From Candidatus Poribacteria bacterium (GTDB lineage Bacteria; Poribacteria; WGA-4E; WGA-3G): 64,000 nucleotides of DNA. The translations under genes were made by a program, and so were the position numbers. Positions 19,258-29,415 of this stretch are shown here, in pieces. The notes under the pieces were generated by a model, which saw only the letters and a list, made by a program, of their open reading frames with translations, was not told the DNA's origin and did not search any database. Positions within the stretch are counted from its first letter, which is position 1, and every line of letters begins with the position of its first letter. Location of the stretch: assembly GCA_965242965.1 (NCBI GenBank), contig OZ251518.1, positions 2,240,001-2,304,000 on the forward strand. The letters are read 5' to 3'.

Positions 19258-19341
19258 CAGAAACCCAAACGCACGCAATGCCCGATAGGTTTGGCTGACG
19301 CAATTTCTACCGAAACCCAAATCAGACAGGGAGAACTTATC

Positions 19342-20772
19342 ATGTTATCCAAGGAACGCAGCTTGCAACAACGGCGCAAGCGGAGCCGGCAAACAGCTGA
19401 CATTGCACCAGCAAACGCTCACGAACGCTTTGCGCCAATACAAAATACCGATTGCGAAGGATTTTATCGCAGAGATTTTATCAAGGCAGGCGTGCTCGGC
19501 TTGTTCGGGCTCAGCCTCACCGACTTGTTCCGACTGAAAGCTGCTGCGAACCCAGGCACGGAAGCGCGAGAGGCTGTCCCTCGCAATACCACCGCGAACG
19601 ATGGACGAGCGCAATCGGTTATCCTCCTATGGCTAGGCGGCGGACCGAGTCATCTCGATATGTGGGACCTAAAGCCGGAAGCACCCGAAGAAATCCGCGG
19701 GCTTTTCAAGCCGATTTCTACGAACGTCGCCGGCATCCAGATCAGCGAGCACATGCCGAAACTCGCGCAACAAATGGATAAGTTGTGCATTATCCGTTCA
19801 ATGACATCGCCGGAGGCGGCGCACGAACGCGGCACACACTACATGATGACAGGCTATCAACCGCTACCGGGTTTCGCCGTGCCGGGGTACGGTGCCGTTA
19901 TCTCTAAACTCAAGGAGCAGCGGAGTGCCTTGCCTCCCTATATCGCTGTCCCCGCGCCGGTCGCGTATGGCGGCGGCGGATTCCTCGGCGCGTCCCTCGC
20001 ACCCTTCTCACCGGGGGGAAATCCGGCGAGCAAGAACTTCAAGGTGCGCGATTTACAGCCGCCGAAAGGGGTATCCTTTGAACGCGTTGAACGCCGACGC
20101 TCCTTGCGGCAAGCCGTCGATGCCGCCTTCAAAAAGTATGAGACAGGCAATCCTACTGCGAAGGCAGTGGATAATTTCTACACCGCCGCTTACAACCTGA
20201 TGAGCTCTTCCGACGCGCGCGCCGCGTTTGAGCTCAACAATGAACCAGGGAGCATGCGCGATGCCTATCAGCGTAACTCTTTCGGACAGAGCTGCCTGCT
20301 CGCGAGGCGACTCGTAGAAGCGGGTGTCAACTTCGTCACCGTGAGCAACGGCGGTTGGGATAACCACAATAGCATTTTCTCCACGCTGCCCGGTAAACTC
20401 TCGCAGTTTGACCGGACGGTGGCTACGCTTGTCGATGACTTGGCGAACCGCGGCCTGCTAGACACCACGCTTGTCATCGCGATGGGCGAATTCGGCAGAA
20501 CACCGGTAATTAACCGGAACGGCGGCCGGGACCACCACGCGCGCGTCTTCTCCATAATGTTAGCAGGCGGCGGCGTGCAGGGCGGCCAAGTCATCGGCGC
20601 GTCCGATCCGAACGGGATGGAACCAGCCGAAACACCGGTGCGTCCGGAAGATCTCGCGGCGACTATCTATCACAGCCTCGGCATCGATTACAACCAAAGT
20701 CTGGAATCGCCTGACGGTGTCCGCATCGTGCTTTCGCGCGGCGGCAGACCGGTTCGCGGTGTTTTGGCGTAA
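19342..20772 (+). CDS. DUF1501 family protein (Tat-exported)
   Basis: RRDFIKAG Tat motif, GGPSHLDMWDLKP, CLLARRLVEAGV, GWDNH, GEFGRTP and GRDH. Confidence 0.92.
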   Translation: MLSKERSLQQRRKRSRQTADIAPANAHERFAPIQNTDCEGFYRRDFIKAGVLGLFGLSLTDLFRLKAAANPGTEAREAVPRNTTANDGRAQSVILLWLGGGPSHLDMWDLKPEAPEEIRGLFKPISTNVAGIQISEHMPKLAQQMDKLCIIRSMTSPEAAHERGTHYMMTGYQPLPGFAVPGYGAVISKLKEQRSALPPYIAVPAPVAYGGGGFLGASLAPFSPGGNPASKNFKVRDLQPPKGVSFERVERRRSLRQAVDAAFKKYETGNPTAKAVDNFYTAAYNLMSSSDARAAFELNNEPGSMRDAYQRNSFGQSCLLARRLVEAGVNFVTVSNGGWDNHNSIFSTLPGKLSQFDRTVATLVDDLANRGLLDTTLVIAMGEFGRTPVINRNGGRDHHARVFSIMLAGGGVQGGQVIGASDPNGMEPAETPVRPEDLAATIYHSLGIDYNQSLESPDGVRIVLSRGGRPVRGVLA

Positions 20773-20791
20773 TTGCAATACGCTATCCAAG

Positions 20792-21781
20792 ATGAAACCC
20801 TATTTCTTCGTCTTAACGCTGCTGTTGCTCATCACACCCGCGTATGCGGCGCAATCGCCTATCTGGACACTCCAATTTAGTCCAGATGGGAAGACTCTCG
20901 CAGTCGGCAAATATCAGTGGATTGAGGTGTGGGACTTGGAGATGCAGCAGCGCATCCATACTTATGAACCGCACGCCGGTGCAGTGCGGTGTCTGACGTT
21001 TTCACGCGATGGAAAAAAGTTGTTCGCGGGCGGCGGGATAGCCGCGCGAAGCGGCGAGTTACGCATCTGGGATGTCGCATCTGAGGCACTGCTTAATACG
21101 CTTGAAATTCACGCCGATACGATTGAGTCCATCGCCATCAGTCCAGACGAAACGAAATTGTTAACGGCGAGCATGGATGAATACAGTGCTGTCCTCAACA
21201 TCGCGCAAGAAGGGGAAGAGAGTCAAGATACGACATGGCTCAGCCAACACGTCGGACGCGTGCTTTGCACATTGTATCACCCTGCCGGCACCTACTTTGC
21301 AACGGGCAGTGAGGATAAAACGATTAAGGTGTGGCACCCTGAAAACCACACCGTCCTTGTCAATTTTGACGGCAACGACGAGGCAGTCTACAGCCTTGCT
21401 TACGCGGCAGGCGATGGACTTATCGTCTCCGGTTCCGCCGATAACACCGTCCGTTCATGGCGTGTGACAGTCGGCGATGAGGCTTACACCGGCGCGCTAG
21501 TTCGTGAATATAACGGGCACCAGGGCCCCGTCTACAGCGTTGACTGTGGCGTGTGGAATAACCAAGAGGTTATCGCCTCGGGCAGCGCGGATACTTCCGT
21601 GATGATTTGGCATCTGCGTTCCGGCAACCGGCGCCGCACCTTTGACGAACCTACCGATGCCGTTTACGCCGTGCAACTCAGTCCAAACGGGCGACTCATT
21701 GCCGCGGGCGGACGTGATGGCGTAGTGCGCATCTGGCGTATCGGCAGCTCGCAATTAATCCACGAGTTTAAGGGAGAGTAA
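20792..21781 (+). CDS. Secreted WD40 repeat protein
   Basis: Signal peptide; repeated H...V..L.FSPDG..LASGS.D.T..W units. Confidence 0.9.
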   Translation: MKPYFFVLTLLLLITPAYAAQSPIWTLQFSPDGKTLAVGKYQWIEVWDLEMQQRIHTYEPHAGAVRCLTFSRDGKKLFAGGGIAARSGELRIWDVASEALLNTLEIHADTIESIAISPDETKLLTASMDEYSAVLNIAQEGEESQDTTWLSQHVGRVLCTLYHPAGTYFATGSEDKTIKVWHPENHTVLVNFDGNDEAVYSLAYAAGDGLIVSGSADNTVRSWRVTVGDEAYTGALVREYNGHQGPVYSVDCGVWNNQEVIASGSADTSVMIWHLRSGNRRRTFDEPTDAVYAVQLSPNGRLIAAGGRDGVVRIWRIGSSQLIHEFKGE

Positions 21782-21782
21782 G

Positions 21783-24668
21783 ATGAGAAAGAGCATCGTC
21801 TTTTTAATATCTGTCATCTTCCCGGGCCTCCTTTTTGCGCAAGGAAACCAGCCGCGCCTCAATTCTCTATTTCCTGCAGGTGGACAAGTCGGCACCACAG
21901 TCGAGATGAAGGTGCAAGGTGCAGATTTAGAGGGCGCGCATACGCTTATCATTGAGGGAGAACCCGGCATCAGCGGCGAACTTCACGCGGGCGGCGGCGA
22001 AATTGATAACACCCATCAACCGCTCTTTGAGGCGAATTGTGGGCAGTGCCACGAACTCCGTTCCCCCAATAACCGCTCCATGACACCGGCGCAGTGGGAA
22101 GCCACCGTGCAACGGATGATTGCGGAAAAAGGGGCAGAGATTCGTCCCGATGACGCGCGCAAAATCGCCGACTATCTCAAATCGGCGGCGAGAGCCAGCG
22201 GCGGGTTGACTGCACAACTCTCCATATCTCCCGATGCCCCCATCGGCCCGCGCGAGGTGCGCATCGTCGGTAAAAACGGCTCTTCCACCGCCTGGCCCTT
22301 TGAAGTCAGTCACGCCGCCGAAACGCTTGAGACAGAATCGAATAACCTCCCCGAAACCGCCACCGCTATCCAACTGCCGTGTATCATCAACGGCGCAATT
22401 AACCCCGGCGGCGACGAAGATTACTACGTTTTTGAAGGCGTTGAAGGCGAACGATGCGTTTTCAGCGTGAAGGCGTATCGCCTTAACAATGTGAGCCAGC
22501 AATTTTTCAATCCGACGCTTTCGTTGTTTGATGCAACCGGCGCGGAACTCGCGCGGAGCAACGGGTTCTATAGCCTCGATCCGCTTATTGACTACACATT
22601 GCCGGCGGATGGAACATATCTGCTCCGCCTCCGCGACCTGCTCCATCGCGGCAATCCGGATGCAGTCTATCGTTTGACAGGCGGCGCGCTTCCTTACAAT
22701 ACCTATCTTTTCCCTCCCGCCGGAAAAATAGAGGAGGTTATCCAAGCGACGCTCGGCGGCGAAAATCTGCCGGAAACGAAGTGGCAGGTTGAACTTGACA
22801 GCCAACTCGGACTTAAGCATATCCGAACGCCTTACGGCATCTTCCCGTTCATCGCGAATAACCTCCCGGAGGCAGTGGAAGAAAAGCGCGAGTTTGGGGT
22901 AGCGGCAGGGACAGAGAACACGGGCGCGGCTAACGGCGGCAGCGAATCCGAAATCCTTTTTGAGACGAAATGCACGGCGTGCCACGAACTCCGCTCACCT
23001 GCTAATCGCGCGCTATCCGCAGACGAATGGACGCAGACTATCACGCGCATGACGGCGAAAGAGAACGCCGACATCACAGCAACAGAACGCGACCGGATTA
23101 TCGCTTTTGTTGCACAGGAAGCACGCCGACTCGGCGAACTCATCGCACGGCAATTGGAACAGGCACAAGAATTTGTCACACCCGGCGGACTCAGCGGCCG
23201 CATATCAGAATCGGGCGAAGTTGACTATTATCGGTTTACCATTTCAGAAGGCGCGCGCCTCGGACCGTGGTGGGTAATTCATCCGTTTGATAACACGAAT
23301 GAGACAGGATTTGACACCGTCTATCCGCCGGAAGTGGAGATAGATTTTGACAAGGAATACGTCGGCAAAGATGGCCGGAAAATCGCGTGGTATCGCACGA
23401 ATCGGCGAGGCGAAAACCTGTTCTCCAACGTCCCTGAAGACGATGTCACCGGCTACGCTGTCACCTTCCTAGAATCTGACCGGGACCAGGACTATCTTTT
23501 ATCCCTCGGTTCTGATGATACAATCAAAATCTGGGTGAACGACCGGCTCATTTTCAGCAAATATGTGCATCGTCCGCTGCGGCGCGCAGATGATGTCATC
23601 CAACTGCCGGTGAAGAAAGGCAAGAACAAAATCCTCTTCAAAATCACCAACGGCTACGGCCCGTGGGGATTTTTCGCCGATATCGGTGGCTATTCCATTG
23701 AGTTATCCGCGGAACAACTGAATTCGCCGCTCAGTCCCTCCCTCACGCTGCTCAACGCCGCAGGGGACGTGTTGGCAAATAACGCAGGCGCAGGCGGTAG
23801 ACGGAACGCCATCATCGATTACAGTTTTACGCAACCGGGCATTTACGCTGTCCGCATTGAGGATATCGCAGGCAAAGGCGGCGCGGGATACCTCTATCAC
23901 CTCAACGTTCGTCCGACGACTCCCGATTTCGCCATCTCTGTCACCCCGGATAATCCGAACATCGGCAGGGGCGGCACCGTGCTTTTAGAGGTATCTTTGC
24001 AACGCCGAGTCGGGTTTACCGAACCCATCCGACTTTCTGTTGTGAACTTACCCGCTGGCATCACCGCGAGTGAGAGCGCGATTCTCTCCAGCGGCGGCAC
24101 TAACGTCGGTTACCTCACCTTAACCGCCGCTCCCGATGCTGAATTAGCGCATAGTGTCGTTCAAGTCATCGGCACTGTGACGACTGCAGCCGGACAAACC
24201 CTCCAGCGCGCCGCGACACCCGTTGAGGTATATCGTATTCAGAATAACCCCTTGACGGTGCAACGGAAGAATGTCGTCGTCAGTGTGACAGAGGCTCAGC
24301 CGTTGCGCCTCGCAACGGTACCGGAGGAAATCACGATAACCCCCGGTAGTCCCGTGGACGTCGTCGTCAAAGTGGAGAGGCAATCTGGCAATCGTCAGAA
24401 TCTGAATCTTACCGCTGTTGGCTTGCCGAACGGCGTGCGGCTTCAGCGGCGCACGACTGTCCTTCAAAAGCATCAGATAGAGACGACGCTAACGCTCGTG
24501 CCGAACATCATCGCCACCGGCAGCAACGAATTGCGGCGCAATCCATTCATCGGCAATCCGCAAGTGTTGCCTTACACCATCGTTATCAACGCCGCCGTTG
24601 GCCAGCGTCGCGTAGGAAGCAGTCCCGCGATAAAGTTATGGCTCGGTATTGAACCCACGGTGCCTTAG
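21783..24668 (+). CDS. Secreted PPC-domain scaffold protein with two c-type heme domains
   Basis: Signal peptide, FPAGGQVGT, E.ESNN, G.I...D.DYY.F and DP.IDYT; CGQCH and CTACH heme motifs; LGSDD..KIWVN (PA14-like). Confidence 0.8.
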   Translation: MRKSIVFLISVIFPGLLFAQGNQPRLNSLFPAGGQVGTTVEMKVQGADLEGAHTLIIEGEPGISGELHAGGGEIDNTHQPLFEANCGQCHELRSPNNRSMTPAQWEATVQRMIAEKGAEIRPDDARKIADYLKSAARASGGLTAQLSISPDAPIGPREVRIVGKNGSSTAWPFEVSHAAETLETESNNLPETATAIQLPCIINGAINPGGDEDYYVFEGVEGERCVFSVKAYRLNNVSQQFFNPTLSLFDATGAELARSNGFYSLDPLIDYTLPADGTYLLRLRDLLHRGNPDAVYRLTGGALPYNTYLFPPAGKIEEVIQATLGGENLPETKWQVELDSQLGLKHIRTPYGIFPFIANNLPEAVEEKREFGVAAGTENTGAANGGSESEILFETKCTACHELRSPANRALSADEWTQTITRMTAKENADITATERDRIIAFVAQEARRLGELIARQLEQAQEFVTPGGLSGRISESGEVDYYRFTISEGARLGPWWVIHPFDNTNETGFDTVYPPEVEIDFDKEYVGKDGRKIAWYRTNRRGENLFSNVPEDDVTGYAVTFLESDRDQDYLLSLGSDDTIKIWVNDRLIFSKYVHRPLRRADDVIQLPVKKGKNKILFKITNGYGPWGFFADIGGYSIELSAEQLNSPLSPSLTLLNAAGDVLANNAGAGGRRNAIIDYSFTQPGIYAVRIEDIAGKGGAGYLYHLNVRPTTPDFAISVTPDNPNIGRGGTVLLEVSLQRRVGFTEPIRLSVVNLPAGITASESAILSSGGTNVGYLTLTAAPDAELAHSVVQVIGTVTTAAGQTLQRAATPVEVYRIQNNPLTVQRKNVVVSVTEAQPLRLATVPEEITITPGSPVDVVVKVERQSGNRQNLNLTAVGLPNGVRLQRRTTVLQKHQIETTLTLVPNIIATGSNELRRNPFIGNPQVLPYTIVINAAVGQRRVGSSPAIKLWLGIEPTVP

Positions 24669-24787
24669 GTAGGCAAGACCTCGGGACTCGATGCAGCAAA
24701 ACCTGAATTGAAAAAATATTCACGACGACGAACGCAGAACCAACGAAAATGATGCATCTGCGGCCGTCCTATTTATGTGAGGTGGAA

Positions 24788-27700
24788 ATGTCAGCAGGAT
24801 ATTATAGAGCTCCAACAATTGCGCAAAATACCATTGTTTTTGTGTGTGAAGACGATTTGTGGACTGTCCCTGTCAGCGGCGGTATCGCACGTCGGCTCAC
24901 GTCAAACCTCAGCGCGGTAGGTTCACCCCGCTTATCTCCAGATGGAAAACACCTCGCCTTCGCCGGCAGCGAAGAGGGCCCTACGGAAGTCTACGTCATG
25001 CCGGCTGTCGGTGGCGAAGCGAAACGGCTCACCTATCAAGGGAGTAACGTCAACATCGTTGACTGGACTCCTGGGCAGGCCAGCGTTTACTACTCCAGCA
25101 GCGCGGGTTCGGCGTTTGACCCGTGGATATGGAGTGTCCCTGCCGAGGGCGGCGAACCGAAACGTCTCCCCTACGGGCCAGCAAATCACATCACCTTCTG
25201 CGAAGAAGGCGGCGTTATCCTCGGCAGATTAACCCGCGACCCGGCGCGATGGAAACGCTACCGCGGCGGCACCGCCGGGCAGCTCTGGATTGACAGGGAT
25301 TGCAACAGCTTCTTTCAACTCCTCACGCCGGCGGAGGGAAATTTCACTACGCCGATGTGGATAGGCGAACGCGTCTATTTTATTTCGGACCACGAGGGAG
25401 TCGGAAATATCTATTCCTGCCTCCCGGACGGCGATGATTTGCAACGCCATACGCACCACGAGGACTACTACTGCCGCGCGGCGCACACCGATGGCACGAA
25501 CATTGTCTACCACGCCGGCGCAGATTTGTGGGTGTATGAACCCGATACCAAGGCAAATTTCCAGGTCAGCGTTGAATTCCACAGCCCGCGTATCCAACGG
25601 CAACGGAAGTTCGTCAGCACGACGAAGTATCTGCAGGACTACACACTCACGCCTGACGGACACGCCCTGGCGTTGACGGTCCGCGGCAAACCCTTTACGA
25701 TGGCGAATTGGGAAGGCGCAGTCCTCCAGCACGGACAACGAGACGGCGCGCGGTATCGCTTCACGCAATGGCTGAACGATGGAAAACGCATCGTGACGCT
25801 CTCCGATGCCGCGGGCGAAGAAGCCCTTGAAATCCACACGTGCGATGGCAGCGAGGCACCGGTGCGGCTTGACACTCTCGACATCGGGCACGTCCGACAA
25901 CTCGCAGTCTCTCCGAAGAAAGCCCGGATTAGCATCATTAACCACCGGTTTGAACTGCTGCTCGTTGATTTAGAGACGCAGGAGGTGCGCGTGCTGGACA
26001 AGAGCCACCACAACCGCATCCGCAGCGCGGCGTGGGCACCCGATGGCAATTGGCTCGCCTACAGTTTCCCTGCGACAGAGACTACCGCCTCCATCAAACT
26101 CTGCAAAATCGAAACCGGTGAGACGTGGTTCGTCACGCAACCGGAATTCACGGATGGCGCGCCAGCCTGGGATCCGGCCGGAAAATACCTTTACTTCCTC
26201 TCCGCCCGCGAGTTCAACCCCGTTTACGACGCGCTGCACTTTGACCTCGGGTTCCCACTCGCGATGCGTCCCATGCTCGTTACGTTGCAGAAAGAACTCC
26301 CGAACCCGTTCATTCCGCAACCCCGGCCGCTTGAAGAGCTGAAGGATGACGAGAATACCTCAAATAACGGAGAGCGAGAGCCTGTCCCGCGCGATGATGC
26401 CTCTGACAGCACTGATAACGATGACAGCACTGATAGCGATTCGGCAGAGGCGAGGAAAGACGAAGACAAACCGATTTGCATTGAATTGGATGGTATCACG
26501 CAGCGCGTCGTCGCGTTTCCGTATCCGCAGGGAAGATACGGACAGATTGCCGGCATTGAAGGCAAAGCGATTTTCACCGCCTACCCGATGCGCCACACGC
26601 TTCCTGTGCCGGGTGCCGCCGATAGAGAAGAGGCACCGAAAGGCACTCTCCACGCCTACGATTTCAAGGAGCAGAAGAAGGAGAAACTTGCCTCTGGTAT
26701 CACTTCGTTCCAGCTCTCCCGCGATGGTAAGACGCTTGCTTATCGCGCCGGTGGCAGACTGCGCGTGCTCAAGGCAGGCAAAAAGGCGGAAGATGAACAG
26801 AAACCTGAAAATCGCGGCAGACCGAATCGACAGAACGGTTGGATCGAACTCAGCCGCGTCAAGGCATCCGTTGTCCCTTCAAGCGAATGGCATCAGATGT
26901 ATCGCGAGGCGTGGCGGCTCCAGCGCGATTACTTCTGGACAGCCGATATGTCCGGCGTGGATTGGGAGCAGGTGTATCAACGCTACTTGCCGCTGCTGGC
27001 ACGGGTTGCGACTCGCGCTGAATTTTCTGACTTGATGTGGGAGATGCAGGGTGAACTCGGCACTTCACACGCCTATGAATCCGGCGGCGATTACCGCAGC
27101 GCGCCGAACTACGCGCAAGGCTTCCTCGGCGCGGATTTCACATACGATGCCGAGCAGCACGGATACCGCATCGCGCGCATCCCGCACGGCGACGCATGGG
27201 AATCAGCCAAAACTTCGCCGCTCAACGCACCCGGCATCAATCTCAGCGAGAACGACATCTTGCTGGCAATCGGCGGACAGCCGGTGAGCCAAACAGTCAC
27301 CCCCGGCGAACTGCTCGTCAACCTCGCGGGACAAGAGGTGCAAGCCACCTTCCAAAACGCAGAAAGCGGCGAGAAACGCACCCTCACCCTCAAGGCACTC
27401 CGCAGCGAACGCGAACTTCGGTACCGCGACTGGGTATCCCGAAATCGGCACTATGTCCACGAGAAAACCGATGGAAAAGTCGGATACGTCCACATTCCCG
27501 ACATGGGAGGACGCGGTTATGCCGAATTCCATCGCGGCTTCCTCGCCGAGGTAAGTTATCCTGCCTTAATCGTCGATGTGCGATATAACGGCGGCGGACA
27601 CGTCTCGCAACTCATCTTGGAGAAGCTGTCGCGCCGGCGCATCGGATATGATGTGCCTCGCTGGGGCACGCCGCATCCTTACCCAGATGCATCCGTCCTC

Positions 27701-28096
27701 GGGCCAATGGTGGCAGTCACGAACGAAAACGCCGGTTCCGATGGCGACATCTTCTCACACTGCTTCAAACTGATGGAACTCGGTTTGCTCATCGGGAAGC
27801 GGACCTGGGGTGGCGTTATTGGCATTTCGCCGCACCAAGGATTTGTCGACGGCGGCGGCACAACACAACCGGAATATTCCTTCTGGTTTGAGGATGTCGG
27901 TTGGAGCGTTGAGAATTATGGCACGGACCCGGATATTGAGGTAGATTACCGGCCGCAAGACTATCTTGACGAATGCGAGCCCCAGTTGGACCGCGCAATA
28001 GCGGAAATCCTCCAACAGTTGGAGGAAAACCCGCCGCAACTCCCCGACTTCGGCGAGCGGCCGCAGTTGACACTCCCCACGCTTCCGAAAACGTAG
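24788..28096 (+). CDS. Tricorn protease (S41B)
   Basis: WKRYRGGTAG, GELGTSH, GYVHIPDM, DVRYNGGG, AGSDGDIF, GKRTWGG and VENYG.DPD. Confidence 0.95.
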   Translation: MSAGYYRAPTIAQNTIVFVCEDDLWTVPVSGGIARRLTSNLSAVGSPRLSPDGKHLAFAGSEEGPTEVYVMPAVGGEAKRLTYQGSNVNIVDWTPGQASVYYSSSAGSAFDPWIWSVPAEGGEPKRLPYGPANHITFCEEGGVILGRLTRDPARWKRYRGGTAGQLWIDRDCNSFFQLLTPAEGNFTTPMWIGERVYFISDHEGVGNIYSCLPDGDDLQRHTHHEDYYCRAAHTDGTNIVYHAGADLWVYEPDTKANFQVSVEFHSPRIQRQRKFVSTTKYLQDYTLTPDGHALALTVRGKPFTMANWEGAVLQHGQRDGARYRFTQWLNDGKRIVTLSDAAGEEALEIHTCDGSEAPVRLDTLDIGHVRQLAVSPKKARISIINHRFELLLVDLETQEVRVLDKSHHNRIRSAAWAPDGNWLAYSFPATETTASIKLCKIETGETWFVTQPEFTDGAPAWDPAGKYLYFLSAREFNPVYDALHFDLGFPLAMRPMLVTLQKELPNPFIPQPRPLEELKDDENTSNNGEREPVPRDDASDSTDNDDSTDSDSAEARKDEDKPICIELDGITQRVVAFPYPQGRYGQIAGIEGKAIFTAYPMRHTLPVPGAADREEAPKGTLHAYDFKEQKKEKLASGITSFQLSRDGKTLAYRAGGRLRVLKAGKKAEDEQKPENRGRPNRQNGWIELSRVKASVVPSSEWHQMYREAWRLQRDYFWTADMSGVDWEQVYQRYLPLLARVATRAEFSDLMWEMQGELGTSHAYESGGDYRSAPNYAQGFLGADFTYDAEQHGYRIARIPHGDAWESAKTSPLNAPGINLSENDILLAIGGQPVSQTVTPGELLVNLAGQEVQATFQNAESGEKRTLTLKALRSERELRYRDWVSRNRHYVHEKTDGKVGYVHIPDMGGRGYAEFHRGFLAEVSYPALIVDVRYNGGGHVSQLILEKLSRRRIGYDVPRWGTPHPYPDASVLGPMVAVTNENAGSDGDIFSHCFKLMELGLLIGKRTWGGVIGISPHQGFVDGGGTTQPEYSFWFEDVGWSVENYGTDPDIEVDYRPQDYLDECEPQLDRAIAEILQQLEENPPQLPDFGERPQLTLPTLPKT

Positions 28097-28194
28097 ATTG
28101 AATGGGAGAGAATGGCGTTCAGAGCCGCCTGAATCAAATGAGTGTAAGGAGGGATGTCACCCAGGGCCGTCCGTGCACTATCGAGAAATGATCA

Positions 28195-28530
28195 ATGCGT
28201 AATGCACAACCGCGAAAACTGCGCACCTTCTATACACGAGATGGACGCGCGCCATTCACCGAATGGTTTAAAGCCATTCGCGACAGAACCACCCGAAGGC
28301 GGATTAATTCCCGGCTGAATTCCGTTAAATCTGGAAACTTGGGGGATGTCAGAGCGGTTGGGGAAGGGGTTCAGGAACTGCGCTTGCACTTCGGCGAAGG
28401 CTATCGCATCTATTTTCGTGAAGTCGGAAACACAATTATCCTGCTGCTGTGTGGCGGGGACAAATCGTCGCAGTCCAGGGATATTGAGCGAGCCAAGACT
28501 TATTGGCGTGAATACAAGGAGAGACACTGA
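28195..28530 (+). CDS. RelE/ParE-like addiction module toxin (HI1419 family)
   Basis: GNLGD...VGEGV.ELRLHFG.GYRIYF and LLCGGDKSSQ.RDI.RAK.YW. Confidence 0.92.
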   Translation: MRNAQPRKLRTFYTRDGRAPFTEWFKAIRDRTTRRRINSRLNSVKSGNLGDVRAVGEGVQELRLHFGEGYRIYFREVGNTIILLLCGGDKSSQSRDIERAKTYWREYKERH

Positions 28531-28967
28531 TGAGTGACACACTAGATTTGAACGACACGCTAGATTTGAGCGACACCGGAGATTGGCACGAATACCTTGT
28601 TGAACAACTTACCGACCGGGAGGAAGCGATCGGCTTTCTCCACGCGGTCATGGAAGACTTCCAACTCTTCGGCAATACTCTTGCTGTGATGTCCGCAATT
28701 GAGAGCGTCGTTGAGGCACAAGGAGGCATTGCCGCGCTTGCAAAGCAAACCGGTGTAGCCCCGCAAACTTTCTTGGATGTGTTAGTCAGCGACGAAGCGC
28801 ACCACTGCCTCAGCACGCTTCAGACGCTGCTGAACACATTCGGATGTCGGATTTCTATTGAGCCGCTAAGGCAGTTTGAAACAGAGGCGGAAACCTCTCC
28901 CGTGTTAGGCACATCCGTAACCGAGGGAGGGCATCTGGCTGTCGCAGCGGAAAGTCCCGTCCCTTAG
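28530..28967 (+). CDS. Addiction module antidote protein (HI1420-like HTH)
   Basis: Overlaps the toxin stop; L.D.EEA...L, AQGGIAALAKQTGV and LSTL..LL..FG. Confidence 0.85.
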   Translation: MSDTLDLNDTLDLSDTGDWHEYLVEQLTDREEAIGFLHAVMEDFQLFGNTLAVMSAIESVVEAQGGIAALAKQTGVAPQTFLDVLVSDEAHHCLSTLQTLLNTFGCRISIEPLRQFETEAETSPVLGTSVTEGGHLAVAAESPVP

Positions 28968-29115
28968 GCCCGTAGCGCGGGGGCCTGTCCCCCGCGATCG
29001 CTGCATGGCGAGGGACAGGCCCTCGCCCTACGATGAAGGGTGACGTTTTTTCCCGTAGCGCGGGGGCCTGTCCCCCGCGATCATGAATGGCGAGGGACAG
29101 GCCCTCGCCCTACGG
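28968..29115. repeat. Paired inverted GTAG-REP doublets (BIME/REPIN-like)
   Basis: Two doublets of ccgtagcgcgggggcctgtcccccgcgat and atggcgagggacaggccctcgccctacg. Confidence 0.9.
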
Positions 29116-29180
29116 TTCAAAAGACTGTTTTAACGTTTCAAAAAACTGTCTACAGAAGACATCGCCTAGCAAAATAGGCA

Positions 29181-29258
29181 TGCCATTTTGGCACACATAT
29201 CCCTCATTCGCCTGCCAATGCGTCAAATTGTCACACTTCTACGCCTGCCAGAATGTCA
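29181..29258. promoter_or_regulatory. Three (T/C)GYCA-N3-TG(G/T)CA boxes, putative upstream activator sites
   Basis: TGCCAtttTGGCA at 29181, CGTCAaatTGTCA at 29221 and TGCCAgaaTGTCA at 29246, upstream of a sigma54 promoter. Confidence 0.55.
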
Positions 29259-29300
29259 CCATTTTTGCGAAGACTGCGTGTTTACACAGGTTTCCCGAAT

Positions 29301-29316
29301 TGGCACGGATTTTGCT
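29301..29316 (+). promoter_or_regulatory. sigma54 -24/-12 promoter of groESL
   Basis: TGGCACG-gatt-TTGCT is an exact match to the consensus. Confidence 0.8.
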
Positions 29317-29415
29317 ATATACTTAATTGTGTTATGCGGGTGCCACAACCACGCACCCGATATTTTTGTCAACGTGCTTTGCCAGCACATCCTACATAAG
29401 GAGGAATCGAAAACA

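Noticed and set aside
21927-22985. Long antisense or overlapping ORFs (e.g. 275-1249, 8299-9081, 21927-22985, 25229-25945)
   Set aside because: They are shadow frames of well-supported genes in GC-rich DNA.
28533-28580. 18-bp tandem repeat at the antitoxin N-terminus (SDTLDL-NDTLDL-SDT)
   Set aside because: Real but probably a minor slippage duplication with no evidence of function.
29188-29415. N-terminal extensions of GroES and others (17964, 18829, 20717, 37706, 38505, 62047, 63480)
   Set aside because: Downstream starts have better RBS or match family N-termini; the extensions run through promoters, repeats or neighbouring genes.
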